Positions 1 to 8,642 of a DNA stretch of 64,000 bases are shown one piece after another. The notes under the pieces were generated by a model. The model was not told where the DNA came from. It did no database searches and was given only the letters and a program-made list of their open reading frames with translations. The DNA comes from Pseudomonadota bacterium. Its GTDB lineage: Bacteria > Pseudomonadota > Gammaproteobacteria > Burkholderiales > Rhodocyclaceae. The translations under genes and the position numbers were made by a program. Within the stretch, counting starts at the first letter, position 1. The number at the start of each line of letters is the position of its first letter. The stretch is taken from positions 811-64,810 of the forward strand of contig JAJZSW010000003.1 of NCBI GenBank assembly GCA_021849505.1. The letters run 5' to 3'.

Positions 1-819
1 GTCGCCTGGGCGACCACGTGGATCGGCTACTTCTACATCCTCACCTTCATCATCGGCTTTGGTGCCGTGGTCATGCTGATTCAGGACCCGGCCGCCTACT
101 ACGTGCCGAAGATGGTCGATGGCGTGCAGGCGGTGGGTGCCGATGGCAACCTGCTGTGGGATGGCCTCAAGGGCGGCGGCAACATGGCGGCGGTGCACCT
201 CGCCAACGCCGTGGGCGGCAACATGTTCCTCGGCTTCATCTCTGCCGTCGCTTTCGCGACGATTCTTGCCGTGGTGGCCGGCCTGACGCTGTCGGGCGCC
301 TCGGCCGTGTCGCATGACCTGTACGCCTCGGTCTGGCGTCATGGCAATGTGGATAGCGCCACCGAACTGCGTGTTTCGAAGATCACCACGGTGATCCTCG
401 GCATCGTTGCCGTGCTGCTCGGCATCATCTTCGAGAAGCAGAACGTTGCCTTCATGGTGATGCTGGCCTTCACGGTCGCCTGTTCCGCCAACTTCCCCGT
501 GCTGTTCATGTCCGTGCTGTGGAAAGACTGCACGACCAAGGGCGCGGTAGCCGGCGGTAGCGTGGGCCTCGTTCTCTCGGTGGCCTTGACGATCATGTCG
601 CCGGCCGTGTGGGAAGCTGCACTGGGCAACCCGAAGGGCAGCGCGATGTTCCCGTATGCCTCCGCAGCCATCTTCTCGATGACCGCCGCCTTCGCCGTCA
701 TCTGGCTGGTCTCAAAGCTGGACAACAGCGCCCAGGCACAGAAAGAACGCGGCCTGTTCGCCGACCAACTCACTCGCTCCGAAACCGGCGTCGGGGCCGC
801 GGCGGCATCCGCGCACTAA
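1..819 (+). CDS. actP: cation/acetate symporter ActP, C-terminal part (5' end lies outside the window)
   Basis: Frame 1 is open from nt 1. The translation is polytopic and matches the sodium:solute symporter ActP C-terminus ([31 protein letters not shown]). A hairpin terminator follows at 840-869. Confidence 0.85.
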   Translation, partial: VAWATTWIGYFYILTFIIGFGAVVMLIQDPAAYYVPKMVDGVQAVGADGNLLWDGLKGGGNMAAVHLANAVGGNMFLGFISAVAFATILAVVAGLTLSGASAVSHDLYASVWRHGNVDSATELRVSKITTVILGIVAVLLGIIFEKQNVAFMVMLAFTVACSANFPVLFMSVLWKDCTTKGAVAGGSVGLVLSVALTIMSPAVWEAALGNPKGSAMFPYASAAIFSMTAAFAVIWLVSKLDNSAQAQKERGLFADQLTRSETGVGAAAASAH

Positions 820-839
820 GCAGCAAACAAGGCATCAAC

Positions 840-869
840 AAAATGGCCAGCCTGAAGGCTGGCCATTTT
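840..869. terminator. hairpin between convergent actP and the 885-1190 gene
   Basis: AAATGGCCAGCC-TGAA-GGCTGGCCATTT is a perfect 12-bp stem flanked by an A-run and a T-run, so it could act in both directions. Confidence 0.7.
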
Positions 870-884
870 GCTTGGGTACGTGGC

Positions 885-1190
885 TCAGAAACACTGCAGC
901 ATGTTGGCGTCGCAGTAAGCCTTTTTCAGGTACGCCAGGCCGATCCAGCACCAGAACAGCAGAAAGAAAGCGACAAAGGGCAGGTGTTTGTCGATGATCT
1001 GGGGCGGAGCGATGAAGCGAACAATCTTCAGTACCGGACTGGTGACAAGGACGAACAATTTGTACACGCCATTGTTGTGCCGACGGCTGCCGGCCAGGAA
1101 GGCGAGCAAGCCCTGGCCGACCAGAAACAGCAGGGCGACCTCGACGAGCGCGCGCAGCACGCCAATAATGAGAAGTTCAGGATGACTCAT
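885..1190 (-). CDS. small integral membrane protein, function unknown
   Basis: ORF 885-1226. I moved the start to the first ATG (1190, MSHPELLIIGV) because the track start is a TTG. The product has hydrophobic helices. No family recognised. Confidence 0.5.
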   Translation of the reverse strand: MSHPELLIIGVLRALVEVALLFLVGQGLLAFLAGSRRHNNGVYKLFVLVTSPVLKIVRFIAPPQIIDKHLPFVAFFLLFWCWIGLAYLKKAYCDANMLQCF

Positions 1191-1227
1191 GGTATGTTCA
1201 AGCCTTCGATGTAGATAATCTGTCAAG

Positions 1228-1818
1228 ATGAATTACGAACACTGGCGCCATTATGCCCGCGGTTGGCTGCTCCATTTCTTCGGCAATGCCGAAGCTGCAT
1301 ACAAGGCTTACGTTCTCGCATACGTTGCCGACCCCAAGGATGTTGCCTCCGCGCGCGCCTTGGCGGCAATAGCCGCGGACAAGAAAAAATGGGATGTGGC
1401 CGAATCATGGTTCGAGAAGGTGCTCGCCTTGCAACCCGAGGATTCCGATACCTGGTTCAACCTTGGCTTCGTGCGCGAACATGCCGGCAAGACCACGGCT
1501 GCACTGGAGGCCTTCACTGCGTCGGTCAGGCTCAAACCGGCGCAGGATCGCGCCTGGTATGGCAAGGGCCTGGCACACGCCCGGCTGGGTCAACATGAAA
1601 TGGCCGTCGATGCGTTTGCCGAGGCGGCGAAATTGCAGCCGATGAACGGCGAAGCCTACTACCAGTGGGGCATGGCCCTGCATCACGCAAACCGTCCGGA
1701 CGAGGTCGCCACGGTTGTCAGGAAGCTCGTCGGCTTTGAACCCAAACGGGCCAAGAAACTCGTGCAGGACGCCGAACGCGCTGATCTGATGCATCTGATT
1801 CCGGAGCTTCCTTTTTAG
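1228..1818 (+). CDS. TPR-repeat protein
   Basis: 196 aa with repeated 34-residue A/Y/G-patterned units (AWYGKGLAHARLGQHEMAVDAFAEAAKLQP, GEAYYQWGMALHH) typical of tetratricopeptide repeats. Confidence 0.7.
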   Translation: MNYEHWRHYARGWLLHFFGNAEAAYKAYVLAYVADPKDVASARALAAIAADKKKWDVAESWFEKVLALQPEDSDTWFNLGFVREHAGKTTAALEAFTASVRLKPAQDRAWYGKGLAHARLGQHEMAVDAFAEAAKLQPMNGEAYYQWGMALHHANRPDEVATVVRKLVGFEPKRAKKLVQDAERADLMHLIPELPF

Positions 1819-1820
1819 CA

Positions 1821-1845
1821 ATAGTCGGCGCTGGCGTTACGGCAC
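1821..1845 (+). repeat. dispersed 25-mer, copy 1
   Basis: ATAGTCGGCGCTGGCGTTACGGCAC, 3 nt after the TPR gene stop. The strand given is the one reading AAAGTCGGCG... Confidence 0.8.
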
Positions 1846-1852
1846 TGCGGCG

Positions 1853-1883
1853 AAAAAAAGCCGGCTCTGGGCAGAGCCGGCTT
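1853..1883 (-). terminator. Rho-independent terminator of the DUF4212/SSS operon
   Basis: GCCGGCTCT-GGGC-AGAGCCGGC stem preceded on the + strand by A7, which gives a U-run after the stem on the minus strand. It lies just downstream of the stop at 1931. Confidence 0.75.
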
Positions 1884-1930
1884 GCAAGCGGGGGGACTGC
1901 AACGTCCCCTCTCCTCCTCCAGTTGCTTGA

Positions 1931-4042
1931 TCAGGCGCCCTTGGTGTCGATGTCGCCTTCCAGACTCGGATAGCGGACATGGTCGATCAGCTCCTGAATC
2001 TCCTTGCCCGGCGGCGGGGAAATCAGCGTGCCGATGATCAGGCCGATGAAGCCGGCCGGAATGCCGAAGATGCCGGCGGCGATCGGGTTGATATCCCACC
2101 ACTTCGGAGCATTCACGCCGAAGAACGGATAGGTCAGGTACATGTAGTAGGCGCAGACCAACAGACCCGCAGTCATGCCGAGAATGGCGCCGAGCTTGTT
2201 GGCGCGCTTCCAGAACACACCGCACACCAGGGCCGGGAAGAAGGCCGAGGCCGCCAGCGAGAAGGCCGCGCCGACGAGGAACAGGATATCGCCCGGCTTC
2301 AGACTGGTCACGTAGGCGGCAATCAAGGCCACCACCAGCAGCAGGCTCTTGGACACCACCAGGCGGCGGGTCGTCGGAGCGTTCGGGTCGATGATCTTGT
2401 AGTACACGTCGTGCGAGAGCGCGTTGGCGATGGTCAGCAGCAGGCCATCGGCGGTGGAGAGCGCAGCGGCCAGACCACCGGCAGCCACCAGGCCGGAGAT
2501 GACATACGGCAGACCGGCGATCTCGGGCGTGGCCAATACGATCAGGTCGCCGCCAATGACGATTTCGGCCAGTTGCACGATGCCGTCCTTGTTGATGTCG
2601 GCAATGCTCATCAGCGTCTTGTCTACCGCCGCCCAGTTGCTGACCCAGGCGGGCAGCGAGGCGAAGCTCGATCCGACCAGGCTGCTATAGACCTCGTACT
2701 TCACCAGGATCGCCAGAGCGGGGGCGGTGAAGTAGAGCAGGAAGATAAAGAACAGCGACCAGAACACCGAGCGGCGGGCTTCCTGCACCGAAGGCGTGGT
2801 GTAGAAGCGCATCAGGATGTGCGGCAGCGCGGCGGTACCCACCATCAGGCAGAAGATCAACGCGAGGAAGTTCTTCTTGGCGATGGCGCGGTTTTTCTCC
2901 TGCTCCTCCGGCGTCTTGCCAGCCGCCGGGAAAGCTTCGGCATGGGCGCGTACCGGCGCGGCGCGGGCGCTGGCGCCCTTCTCGGCGGTCCAGGCCTTCT
3001 TGGCGGCAGCGGCATCGGCCGGGAAGTCCTTGACGGCCTTTTCGGCAGCCTCGATCGCCTTGGCATCCGGCGCTTCGGCAGCCTTCAGCGCAGCCACCTT
3101 GTCTTCGAGCGCCTTCTTCTCTTCGGCGAGGAAGGTTGCGCCACCGGCCTCCAGGCCCTTCAGCTTGCGGTCGCCTTCGGCGGAGCGTGCGCGGAAGATG
3201 GCGCGCACCGACTCTTCGGCGGCGCCCTTCGGCGTGGCCTTGTCGTTGAACTCCTTCTCCAGCGCGGTGACCTTCGGCAGGGCGGAAACGTAAGCCGAAA
3301 TCTGCGGCACGGGAACACTGGTGTGCTTCACGGAGAGCCAGACCACCGGGATCATGTAGGCCACGATCAGGATGATGTACTGCGCCACCTGCGTCCAGGT
3401 CACCGCCTTCATGCCGCCCAGGAAGGAGCAGACCAGAATGCCGGCCAGACCGACGAAGACGCCGATGCTGAACTCCAGACCGGTGAAGCGGCTGGTGATC
3501 AGACCGACGCCGTAGATCTGCGCCACGACATAGACGAAGGAACAGAGCACGGCCGCCAGCACACCGATCAGGCGCGGGATGTTGCCGCCGTAACGGGCAC
3601 CGAGGAAATCTGGAATGGTGAATTGTCCGAACTTGCGCAGGTAGGGCGCGAGCAGCAGCGCCACCAGCACATAGCCGCCGGTCCAGCCCATGATGAAGGC
3701 GAGGCCGTCGTAGCCGGTCAGGTAGAGAGTACCCGCCATGCCGATGAAGGACGCGGCGGACATCCAGTCGGCGCCGGTCGCCATGCCGTTGAACAGCGCC
3801 GGCACGCGGCGCCCCGCGACGTAGTACTCGGAGACATCGGCGGTCTTCGACATGAAGCCGATGCCCGCGTAGAGCAGGATGGTGGCGAACAGGAAGACGT
3901 AGCCGAGAATCTTTTGCGGCACGCCCATCAGTTCGAGAATGCCGACGCCGATCACGAAGAGGACGAAGCCGCCCGTGTAGAAAGAGTAGTAGCGCTTCAG
4001 CTGGTTGAAGAAGGCCTTGTTGTCGGAAGCTGCAGTCGCCAT
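1931..4042 (-). CDS. sodium:solute symporter, large subunit of a DUF4212-associated (VC_2705-type) acetate-like permease
   Basis: The ORF is trimmed to Met101 (MATAASDNKAFFNQLKRYY), whose ATG overlaps the stop of the upstream DUF4212 gene (ATGA). It carries SSS motifs (GADWMSAASFIGMAG, AAGGLAAALSTADG). It has a long Ala/Lys/Glu-rich hydrophilic insert. Confidence 0.85.
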   Translation of the reverse strand: MATAASDNKAFFNQLKRYYSFYTGGFVLFVIGVGILELMGVPQKILGYVFLFATILLYAGIGFMSKTADVSEYYVAGRRVPALFNGMATGADWMSAASFIGMAGTLYLTGYDGLAFIMGWTGGYVLVALLLAPYLRKFGQFTIPDFLGARYGGNIPRLIGVLAAVLCSFVYVVAQIYGVGLITSRFTGLEFSIGVFVGLAGILVCSFLGGMKAVTWTQVAQYIILIVAYMIPVVWLSVKHTSVPVPQISAYVSALPKVTALEKEFNDKATPKGAAEESVRAIFRARSAEGDRKLKGLEAGGATFLAEEKKALEDKVAALKAAEAPDAKAIEAAEKAVKDFPADAAAAKKAWTAEKGASARAAPVRAHAEAFPAAGKTPEEQEKNRAIAKKNFLALIFCLMVGTAALPHILMRFYTTPSVQEARRSVFWSLFFIFLLYFTAPALAILVKYEVYSSLVGSSFASLPAWVSNWAAVDKTLMSIADINKDGIVQLAEIVIGGDLIVLATPEIAGLPYVISGLVAAGGLAAALSTADGLLLTIANALSHDVYYKIIDPNAPTTRRLVVSKSLLLVVALIAAYVTSLKPGDILFLVGAAFSLAASAFFPALVCGVFWKRANKLGAILGMTAGLLVCAYYMYLTYPFFGVNAPKWWDINPIAAGIFGIPAGFIGLIIGTLISPPPGKEIQELIDHVRYPSLEGDIDTKGA

Positions 4043-4302
4043 CAGTCGTCTCCCTCGTGTACGCCGTATTCCTTGTCCAGCTCGTTCATGCGCCTGGCGT
4101 AGTACCAGATGATCAGGACGTAGATGATCAGGGCACCCTGGGCACCCATGTAGAAGCCCACCGGGCCGATGATGATGATTTCGTTGAGTTCGCGCGCGAA
4201 CCAGCTGACGACAAAGGTCGCGACGAACCAGATGGCAAGCAGCACGCCGGTCAGCGAAACGTTTCGCTGCCAGTACTCCTTGTGTTTCTCGGTGAGTTGC
4301 AT
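4042..4302 (-). CDS. DUF4212 small membrane subunit of the solute symporter
   Basis: MQLTEKHKEYWQRNVSLTGVLLAIWFVATFV...YYARRMNELDKEYGV. A GAGGAGG Shine-Dalgarno sits 6-7 nt upstream of the ATG at 4302. The stop overlaps the symporter start. Confidence 0.85.
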   Translation of the reverse strand: MQLTEKHKEYWQRNVSLTGVLLAIWFVATFVVSWFARELNEIIIIGPVGFYMGAQGALIIYVLIIWYYARRMNELDKEYGVHEGDD

Positions 4303-4418
4303 GAGTTGGCCTCCTCGGTTGAAAAATTTCGTATGCCTCCAACCCGGCGGCTTTGCATGCCGGATTGCAGTCATCCCCTTGGTATTGTGTTTAGGCGGCC
4401 CATATTGCCTTAGTCAAG

Positions 4419-4436
4419 CTTACAAATACCTTACAA
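4419..4436 (-). promoter_or_regulatory. two direct TTGTAAG heptads, 11-bp phasing (candidate response-regulator site)
   Basis: The gene strand reads TTGTAAGGTATTTGTAAG, 117-134 nt upstream of the DUF4212 ATG (4302). The same heptad array occurs at 8224-8262. Confidence 0.45.
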
Positions 4437-4450
4437 GTTGGCGCAAGCCA

Positions 4451-4467
4451 TTGATGCAACGCATCAA
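4451..4467. promoter_or_regulatory. perfect 7-3-7 palindrome TTGATGC-AAC-GCATCAA (candidate operator)
   Basis: Seen directly, in the promoter region of the 4302-1931 operon. The binding protein is unknown. Confidence 0.3.
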
Positions 4468-4490
4468 TTACTGCGCTGCAGCAAATCAGG

Positions 4491-5924
4491 TCAGGGGCCG
4501 CTACGAGAGAAGATGACGCGCATCAGAGTACCGCGACCGGCCGGGTTTTCGAGCACCTCGATGCGTGCCCGATGCAGGTCGATAATCTCGCGGACGATGG
4601 CCAGGCCCAGGCCGCTACCCTCCGCCCCCGTTCCCAGCACCCGGAAAAAGCGCTCGAAGACCTTGGGCCGGTCTTCGGCGGCGATGCCGATGCCGCTGTC
4701 CTCCACCTCCAGAACCCAGTCGGCACCCGCGCGCATGCGCACTGTGACGCAGCCTCCGCTGGGGGTGTACTTGATGGCATTGTCGACCAGATTGTCGATC
4801 ATCTCGCGCAGCAGCAAGGGGTGGCCGTGAATCTGCATGGCCGTGCCCGCTTCCTCGAACCCCAGATCGATATTTTTGGCCAGGGCGCGCGGCGCGCAAT
4901 GCATCGTTGCTGCGCGCGCCAGGCTCTCGAGGTCGACCGTCTCGTTATGGCCCCGGCCATCGTGGCTGGCTTCCGCGCGCGCGAGCTGCAGCAACTGGTA
5001 GGTGAGATGGGAGGCCCGATCCACGCTGGCGGAAATACGCTCGAGATAATCGTGCAACTGTCCGGTGTCGGTTTCCCTCAAGGCAAGCTCGGTTTGCGTC
5101 TTGAGGCCGGTCAGCGGGGTTTTCAGCTGGTGGGCGGCCGCGGCGATGAAACGATGCTGCGCCTCGAAGTTGTCTTCGAGGCGCGCCATCATGTCGTTAA
5201 AGGCGGCGATCACCGGGCGCAACTCGTCCGGGACGATGCGCAGGGGGACCGGCGAGAGGTCGTCCGGGCGGCGGCGGCGGATCAGCTGTTGCAGGCGATT
5301 GAGCGGCGCCAGGCCGCGCGTCAGGCCCAGCCAGACGAGAATCACCGCCAGGGGGAGAATGGCGAATTGGGGCAGCAGCACCCCCGAGATGATGCGCGAA
5401 GCCAGCTGCTCGCGCTTCAGGCGCGTCTCGGCCACCTGGACGATGACGGGCGCGCGCGGATCCCGCGTGGGAATGAACAGGTAGGCGACACGCGTTTCCA
5501 CGCCATGGATCGATGCGTCGCGAAACCTGATGGGCTGTGCCTCATCGACAATGCCGACGGCAATGCCGGGAATTTCGCTATCGCCGACGAGAATTTCGCC
5601 GCGCGGCGCCATTACCTGGAAGTAGAGGGTGTCGTCCTCGCCGGCGCGCAGCACGTCACGTGCCGCGGGCGGCAAGTTGATGCTGGCGCGGGCGCCCTGC
5701 ACCTGCACCTGCTTGGCGATTGCCATGACATGCTCACCGAGCTGGCGGTCGTACGGCAGGTCGGCGATCTGGTTGGCGACATGATGGGTGGCGACGATCG
5801 AGATCGGCCAGAGAAACAACAACGGCGCGAGCATCCAGTCGAGGATTTCGCCGAACAGGGAATGCGGGACGGCCGGGCGCGTATCGGCCTGGCGCCGCTC
5901 GGGTAGTTTACTCGGTCGCGCCAT
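4491..5924 (-). CDS. two-component sensor histidine kinase (TctE/QseC-like architecture)
   Basis: Two TM segments, an H-box (AAAHQLKTPLTGL) and HATPase N/G boxes (DNAIKYTP, DSGIGI, GSGLGLAIV). It overlaps the stop of the upstream regulator gene by 17 nt. Confidence 0.85.
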   Translation of the reverse strand: MARPSKLPERRQADTRPAVPHSLFGEILDWMLAPLLFLWPISIVATHHVANQIADLPYDRQLGEHVMAIAKQVQVQGARASINLPPAARDVLRAGEDDTLYFQVMAPRGEILVGDSEIPGIAVGIVDEAQPIRFRDASIHGVETRVAYLFIPTRDPRAPVIVQVAETRLKREQLASRIISGVLLPQFAILPLAVILVWLGLTRGLAPLNRLQQLIRRRRPDDLSPVPLRIVPDELRPVIAAFNDMMARLEDNFEAQHRFIAAAAHQLKTPLTGLKTQTELALRETDTGQLHDYLERISASVDRASHLTYQLLQLARAEASHDGRGHNETVDLESLARAATMHCAPRALAKNIDLGFEEAGTAMQIHGHPLLLREMIDNLVDNAIKYTPSGGCVTVRMRAGADWVLEVEDSGIGIAAEDRPKVFERFFRVLGTGAEGSGLGLAIVREIIDLHRARIEVLENPAGRGTLMRVIFSRSGP

Positions 5925-6597
5925 CCAGGCTGTTGCCGGGTTTGACCAGGCTATAGCCGAGGCCGCGCATGGTGTTGATGCGCACCTGGAAGGGTTCGAG
6001 CTTCTTCCTCAGCCGATGGACATAGACCTCGATGGCGTTGGTGCTCACTTCCTCGCCCCAGCCGCAGAGATGATCGACCAGCTGGTCCTTGCTGACGAGG
6101 CGACCGACACGCAGCAGCAGGATTTCCAGCAGGGCCAGTTCGCGAGCGGAAAGATCGATGATTTGCCCGTTGCAACGGGCGATGCGCTCGCCCTGATTGT
6201 AGGACAGGCAACCGAACTCCAGCCGGTTCGGCTGCGCCGTCCCGCGCCGCGTCAGTGCCCGTACCCGGGCTTCCAGTTCGGGCAGCGCAAAGGGTTTGGT
6301 GAGGTAATCATCGGCGCCGGCGTCGAGTCCGCGCACGCGGTCTTCCAGCCCGTCCTGCGCGGTCAGGATCAGCACCGGCAGCGCGTTCTTGCGCGCCCGC
6401 AGGCGCTTCAGCACGTCGATGCCCGGCAGCTTGGGCAAACCCAGATCGAGGACCAGCAGGTCGAACTGCTGCGAAACGAGCGCGGCATCCGCGTCGGCGC
6501 CGTTGCTCACGTGATCGACCGCATACGACGACTTGCGCAAGGCGCGCACCAGGCCGTCCGCAATCATCGGGTCATCTTCGGCGAGGAGGATCCTCAT
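5908..6597 (-). CDS. OmpR-family response regulator
   Basis: Receiver domain (MRILLAEDDPMI, DLLVLDLGLP, TKPF) plus a winged-helix C-terminus (VYVHRLRKKLE, TMRGLGYSL). Confidence 0.9.
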   Translation of the reverse strand: MRILLAEDDPMIADGLVRALRKSSYAVDHVSNGADADAALVSQQFDLLVLDLGLPKLPGIDVLKRLRARKNALPVLILTAQDGLEDRVRGLDAGADDYLTKPFALPELEARVRALTRRGTAQPNRLEFGCLSYNQGERIARCNGQIIDLSARELALLEILLLRVGRLVSKDQLVDHLCGWGEEVSTNAIEVYVHRLRKKLEPFQVRINTMRGLGYSLVKPGNSLDGATE

Positions 6598-6715
6598 GGT
6601 GCGGCGGATTCTACTGCCGGACCGAGAAATGCGGCGCTATCATTCGCCATTGTTGCATCGCAACGTCCAGAACCGCCGACCGCAATTTCACCGGAACCTT
6701 CCTTACCAAAACGCC

Positions 6716-8146
6716 ATGGCCACCCGACCCACCCTGCACAGCCAGCTGGCGGCGCTGATCAAGCGCCCGCCCGTCACTGTCATGCCCGAAAGCACGCTGC
6801 GCGACGCCGTGCAACTGATGTCCGCGCATCGCATCGGCTCGATCATCGTCGTCGAACCGGAAAGCGGGCGACCGATCGGCATCTTCACCCTGCGCGATCT
6901 GTTGCACAAGGTCGCCGCCAAGTCCTGCGACCTCGACCAGATGATCACCAGCGTGATGAGCGACACGGGCCTGCAGATGCTCAACTGGCGCACCACGATC
7001 TATCAGGCTGCCCTGGTCATGGCGCGCCACGGCATCCACCATGTCATCGTCGTCGATGCCGCCGGCAAGCTCAAGGGCATCGTCTCGCAGGAAGACATCT
7101 ACGAACTGCAGAGCGGCGGCGGCAAGGCCATCTCCGGCGCGATCCGCGGGGCACGCGATCTGGAAGGCCTGATTGCCGCCGCCGAGGACATCCGCAAGCT
7201 GGCGCTGCGCACGCTGGCCGAAGGCGGCGCCGCCGAGCCGTTGACGCAGATGATCTCGACCCTCAACGACCACCTGACCGTGCGCCTGATCGAGTTGACG
7301 AAGCAGGAGTTCGAATTGCCCAGGGTCAAGTGGTGCTGGCTCGCCTTCGGCTCCGAAGGACGCTACGAGCAGACCCTGTCCACCGACCAGGACAACGGGC
7401 TCGTGTTCGCCGCGCCGGCCGCGGAGGCCGAAGCGGTACGCCAGGCCTTCCTGCCTTTCGCGCTGGAGGTCAACAAGCGTCTCGACAAGCTGGGCTTCCC
7501 GCTGTGCAAGGGCAACGTCATGGCGAGCAATCCGCAGCTCTGCCTGTCGGTCGAGGAGTGGCACGGACGCTTCGGCAGCTGGCTGCGCTCGTCGACGCCG
7601 CAGGCGCTGCTCGACGCGACGATCTATTTCGATTTCCGGCCCATCTACGGCGAGGAAGACCTGGCCGGCGAACTGACGGAATGGCTGCGCAGGAACATCC
7701 CGGCCGCCACGCTGTTCCTGCGCTTCATGGCCGAGAACGCGCTGCGCACGCAACCACCGCTGGGCATGATTCGCGATTTCAACTTCGATGCGAACAAGGA
7801 CTTCCCGCGCACCATCGACCTGAAAGCCTATGGGGCGCGCATATTCGTCGATGTGGCGCGCATCCTCGCGCTCGCGAACGGCATCGGCGCCACCAGCACC
7901 CCCGAACGCCTGCGCGCGGCAGCCGAGATGGGCAAGGTGGGGCGCGACGATGTCGGCGCGATCATCGACGGCTTCTTCTTCCTCCAGCAACTGCGTCTGC
8001 GCGTGCAGCAGGAAGGCACGCCGATGGGCCTGGCCAACCGTGTCGATCCCGAAAAGCTGAATGAACTCGACCGCTTCGTGCTCAAGGAAGCGCTCAAGCA
8101 GGCCAAGAAGCTGCAGGGCCGCATCCAGCTCGACTACCGGCTCTGA
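6716..8146 (+). CDS. CBS-pair / DUF294 putative nucleotidyltransferase
   Basis: Start moved to the ATG at 6716 (MATRPTLHSQ). It has two CBS motifs (HRIGSIIVV, HGIHHVIVVD). A GlnD-like NTase core (WLAFGSEGRYEQTLSTDQDNGLVF) and a DUF294 C-terminal helical domain follow. Confidence 0.8.
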   Translation: MATRPTLHSQLAALIKRPPVTVMPESTLRDAVQLMSAHRIGSIIVVEPESGRPIGIFTLRDLLHKVAAKSCDLDQMITSVMSDTGLQMLNWRTTIYQAALVMARHGIHHVIVVDAAGKLKGIVSQEDIYELQSGGGKAISGAIRGARDLEGLIAAAEDIRKLALRTLAEGGAAEPLTQMISTLNDHLTVRLIELTKQEFELPRVKWCWLAFGSEGRYEQTLSTDQDNGLVFAAPAAEAEAVRQAFLPFALEVNKRLDKLGFPLCKGNVMASNPQLCLSVEEWHGRFGSWLRSSTPQALLDATIYFDFRPIYGEEDLAGELTEWLRRNIPAATLFLRFMAENALRTQPPLGMIRDFNFDANKDFPRTIDLKAYGARIFVDVARILALANGIGATSTPERLRAAAEMGKVGRDDVGAIIDGFFFLQQLRLRVQQEGTPMGLANRVDPEKLNELDRFVLKEALKQAKKLQGRIQLDYRL

Positions 8147-8148
8147 AT

Positions 8149-8176
8149 GCGCTGGCGGGTGCCGTCCCGCCAGCGC
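8149..8176 (+). terminator. 11-bp perfect hairpin just after the DUF294 stop
   Basis: GCGCTGGCGGG-TGCCGT-CCCGCCAGCGC. The stem is built from one copy of the dispersed 25-mer plus an inverted partial copy. There is no U-run. Confidence 0.4.
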
Positions 8177-8182
8177 CGACTT
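8159..8182 (-). repeat. dispersed 25-mer, copy 2
   Basis: The + strand reads GTGCCGTCCCGCCAGCGCCGACTT. It forms a hairpin with a partial inverted copy at 8149-8159. Confidence 0.85.
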
Positions 8183-8223
8183 CTCCCGTCCCCGTCGCCT
8201 CTCATCGTTCCGGGATTCCACCC

Positions 8224-8262
8224 TTGTAAGGGTATCGCAAGCCCATGTAAGGGCATCGTAAG
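8224..8262 (+). promoter_or_regulatory. four direct heptads TTGTAAG / CGCAAG / TGTAAG / CGTAAG, 10-11-bp phasing
   Basis: TTGTAAGGGTATCGCAAGCCCATGTAAGGGCATCGTAAG lies 107-145 nt upstream of the DUF4212 ATG (8369). The motif and orientation match 4419-4436. Confidence 0.45.
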
Positions 8263-8368
8263 TTTGTGCGCCGAGAATGCGCACCGCCCTAATAAGGAAT
8301 ATCGGCACCCAAGACTGCCTCAAGGATGTCGGTCCCTAGCCGGCAAATTTTCACATCAGGAGGACTCA

Positions 8369-8629
8369 ATGCAATACAACCACGACGCGCAAGGCTACTG
8401 GAAAGCGACGCTGGGCCTCATCACCAAGGTGCTGGTGATCTGGTTCCTGTGCTCTTTCGGTGCCGGCATCCTGTTCGCCGACGCCTTGAACGGCATCTCG
8501 CTTGGCGGCTACCCGCTCGGCTTCTGGTTCGCCCACCAGGGTTCCATCTACGTCTTCGTCGCGCTGATCTTCTGGTATGCCAAGAAGATGGGCGACATCG
8601 ACCGCGAATTCGACGTTCACGAAGACTGA
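8369..8629 (+). CDS. DUF4212 small membrane subunit (paralogue of 4042-4302)
   Basis: MQYNHDAQGYWKATLGLITKVLVIWFLCSF...WYAKKMGDIDREFDV. An AGGAGGA Shine-Dalgarno precedes the ATG at 8369. Confidence 0.85.
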   Translation: MQYNHDAQGYWKATLGLITKVLVIWFLCSFGAGILFADALNGISLGGYPLGFWFAHQGSIYVFVALIFWYAKKMGDIDREFDVHED

Positions 8630-8642
8630 GGAGCGACCACAA

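Noticed and set aside
1979-4102. 707-aa ORF on the + strand opposite the symporter gene.
   Set aside because: It is an antisense shadow ORF, as is typical of high-GC DNA. The translation is Arg/Gly/Asp/His-rich low-complexity sequence with no recognisable domain. The opposite strand encodes a clearly conserved symporter.
4451-4467. The palindrome TTGATGC-AAC-GCATCAA as an FNR box.
   Set aside because: The half-sites resemble FNR half-sites, but the spacing is TTGAT-N7-ATCAA rather than N4. I keep it only as an unassigned candidate operator.
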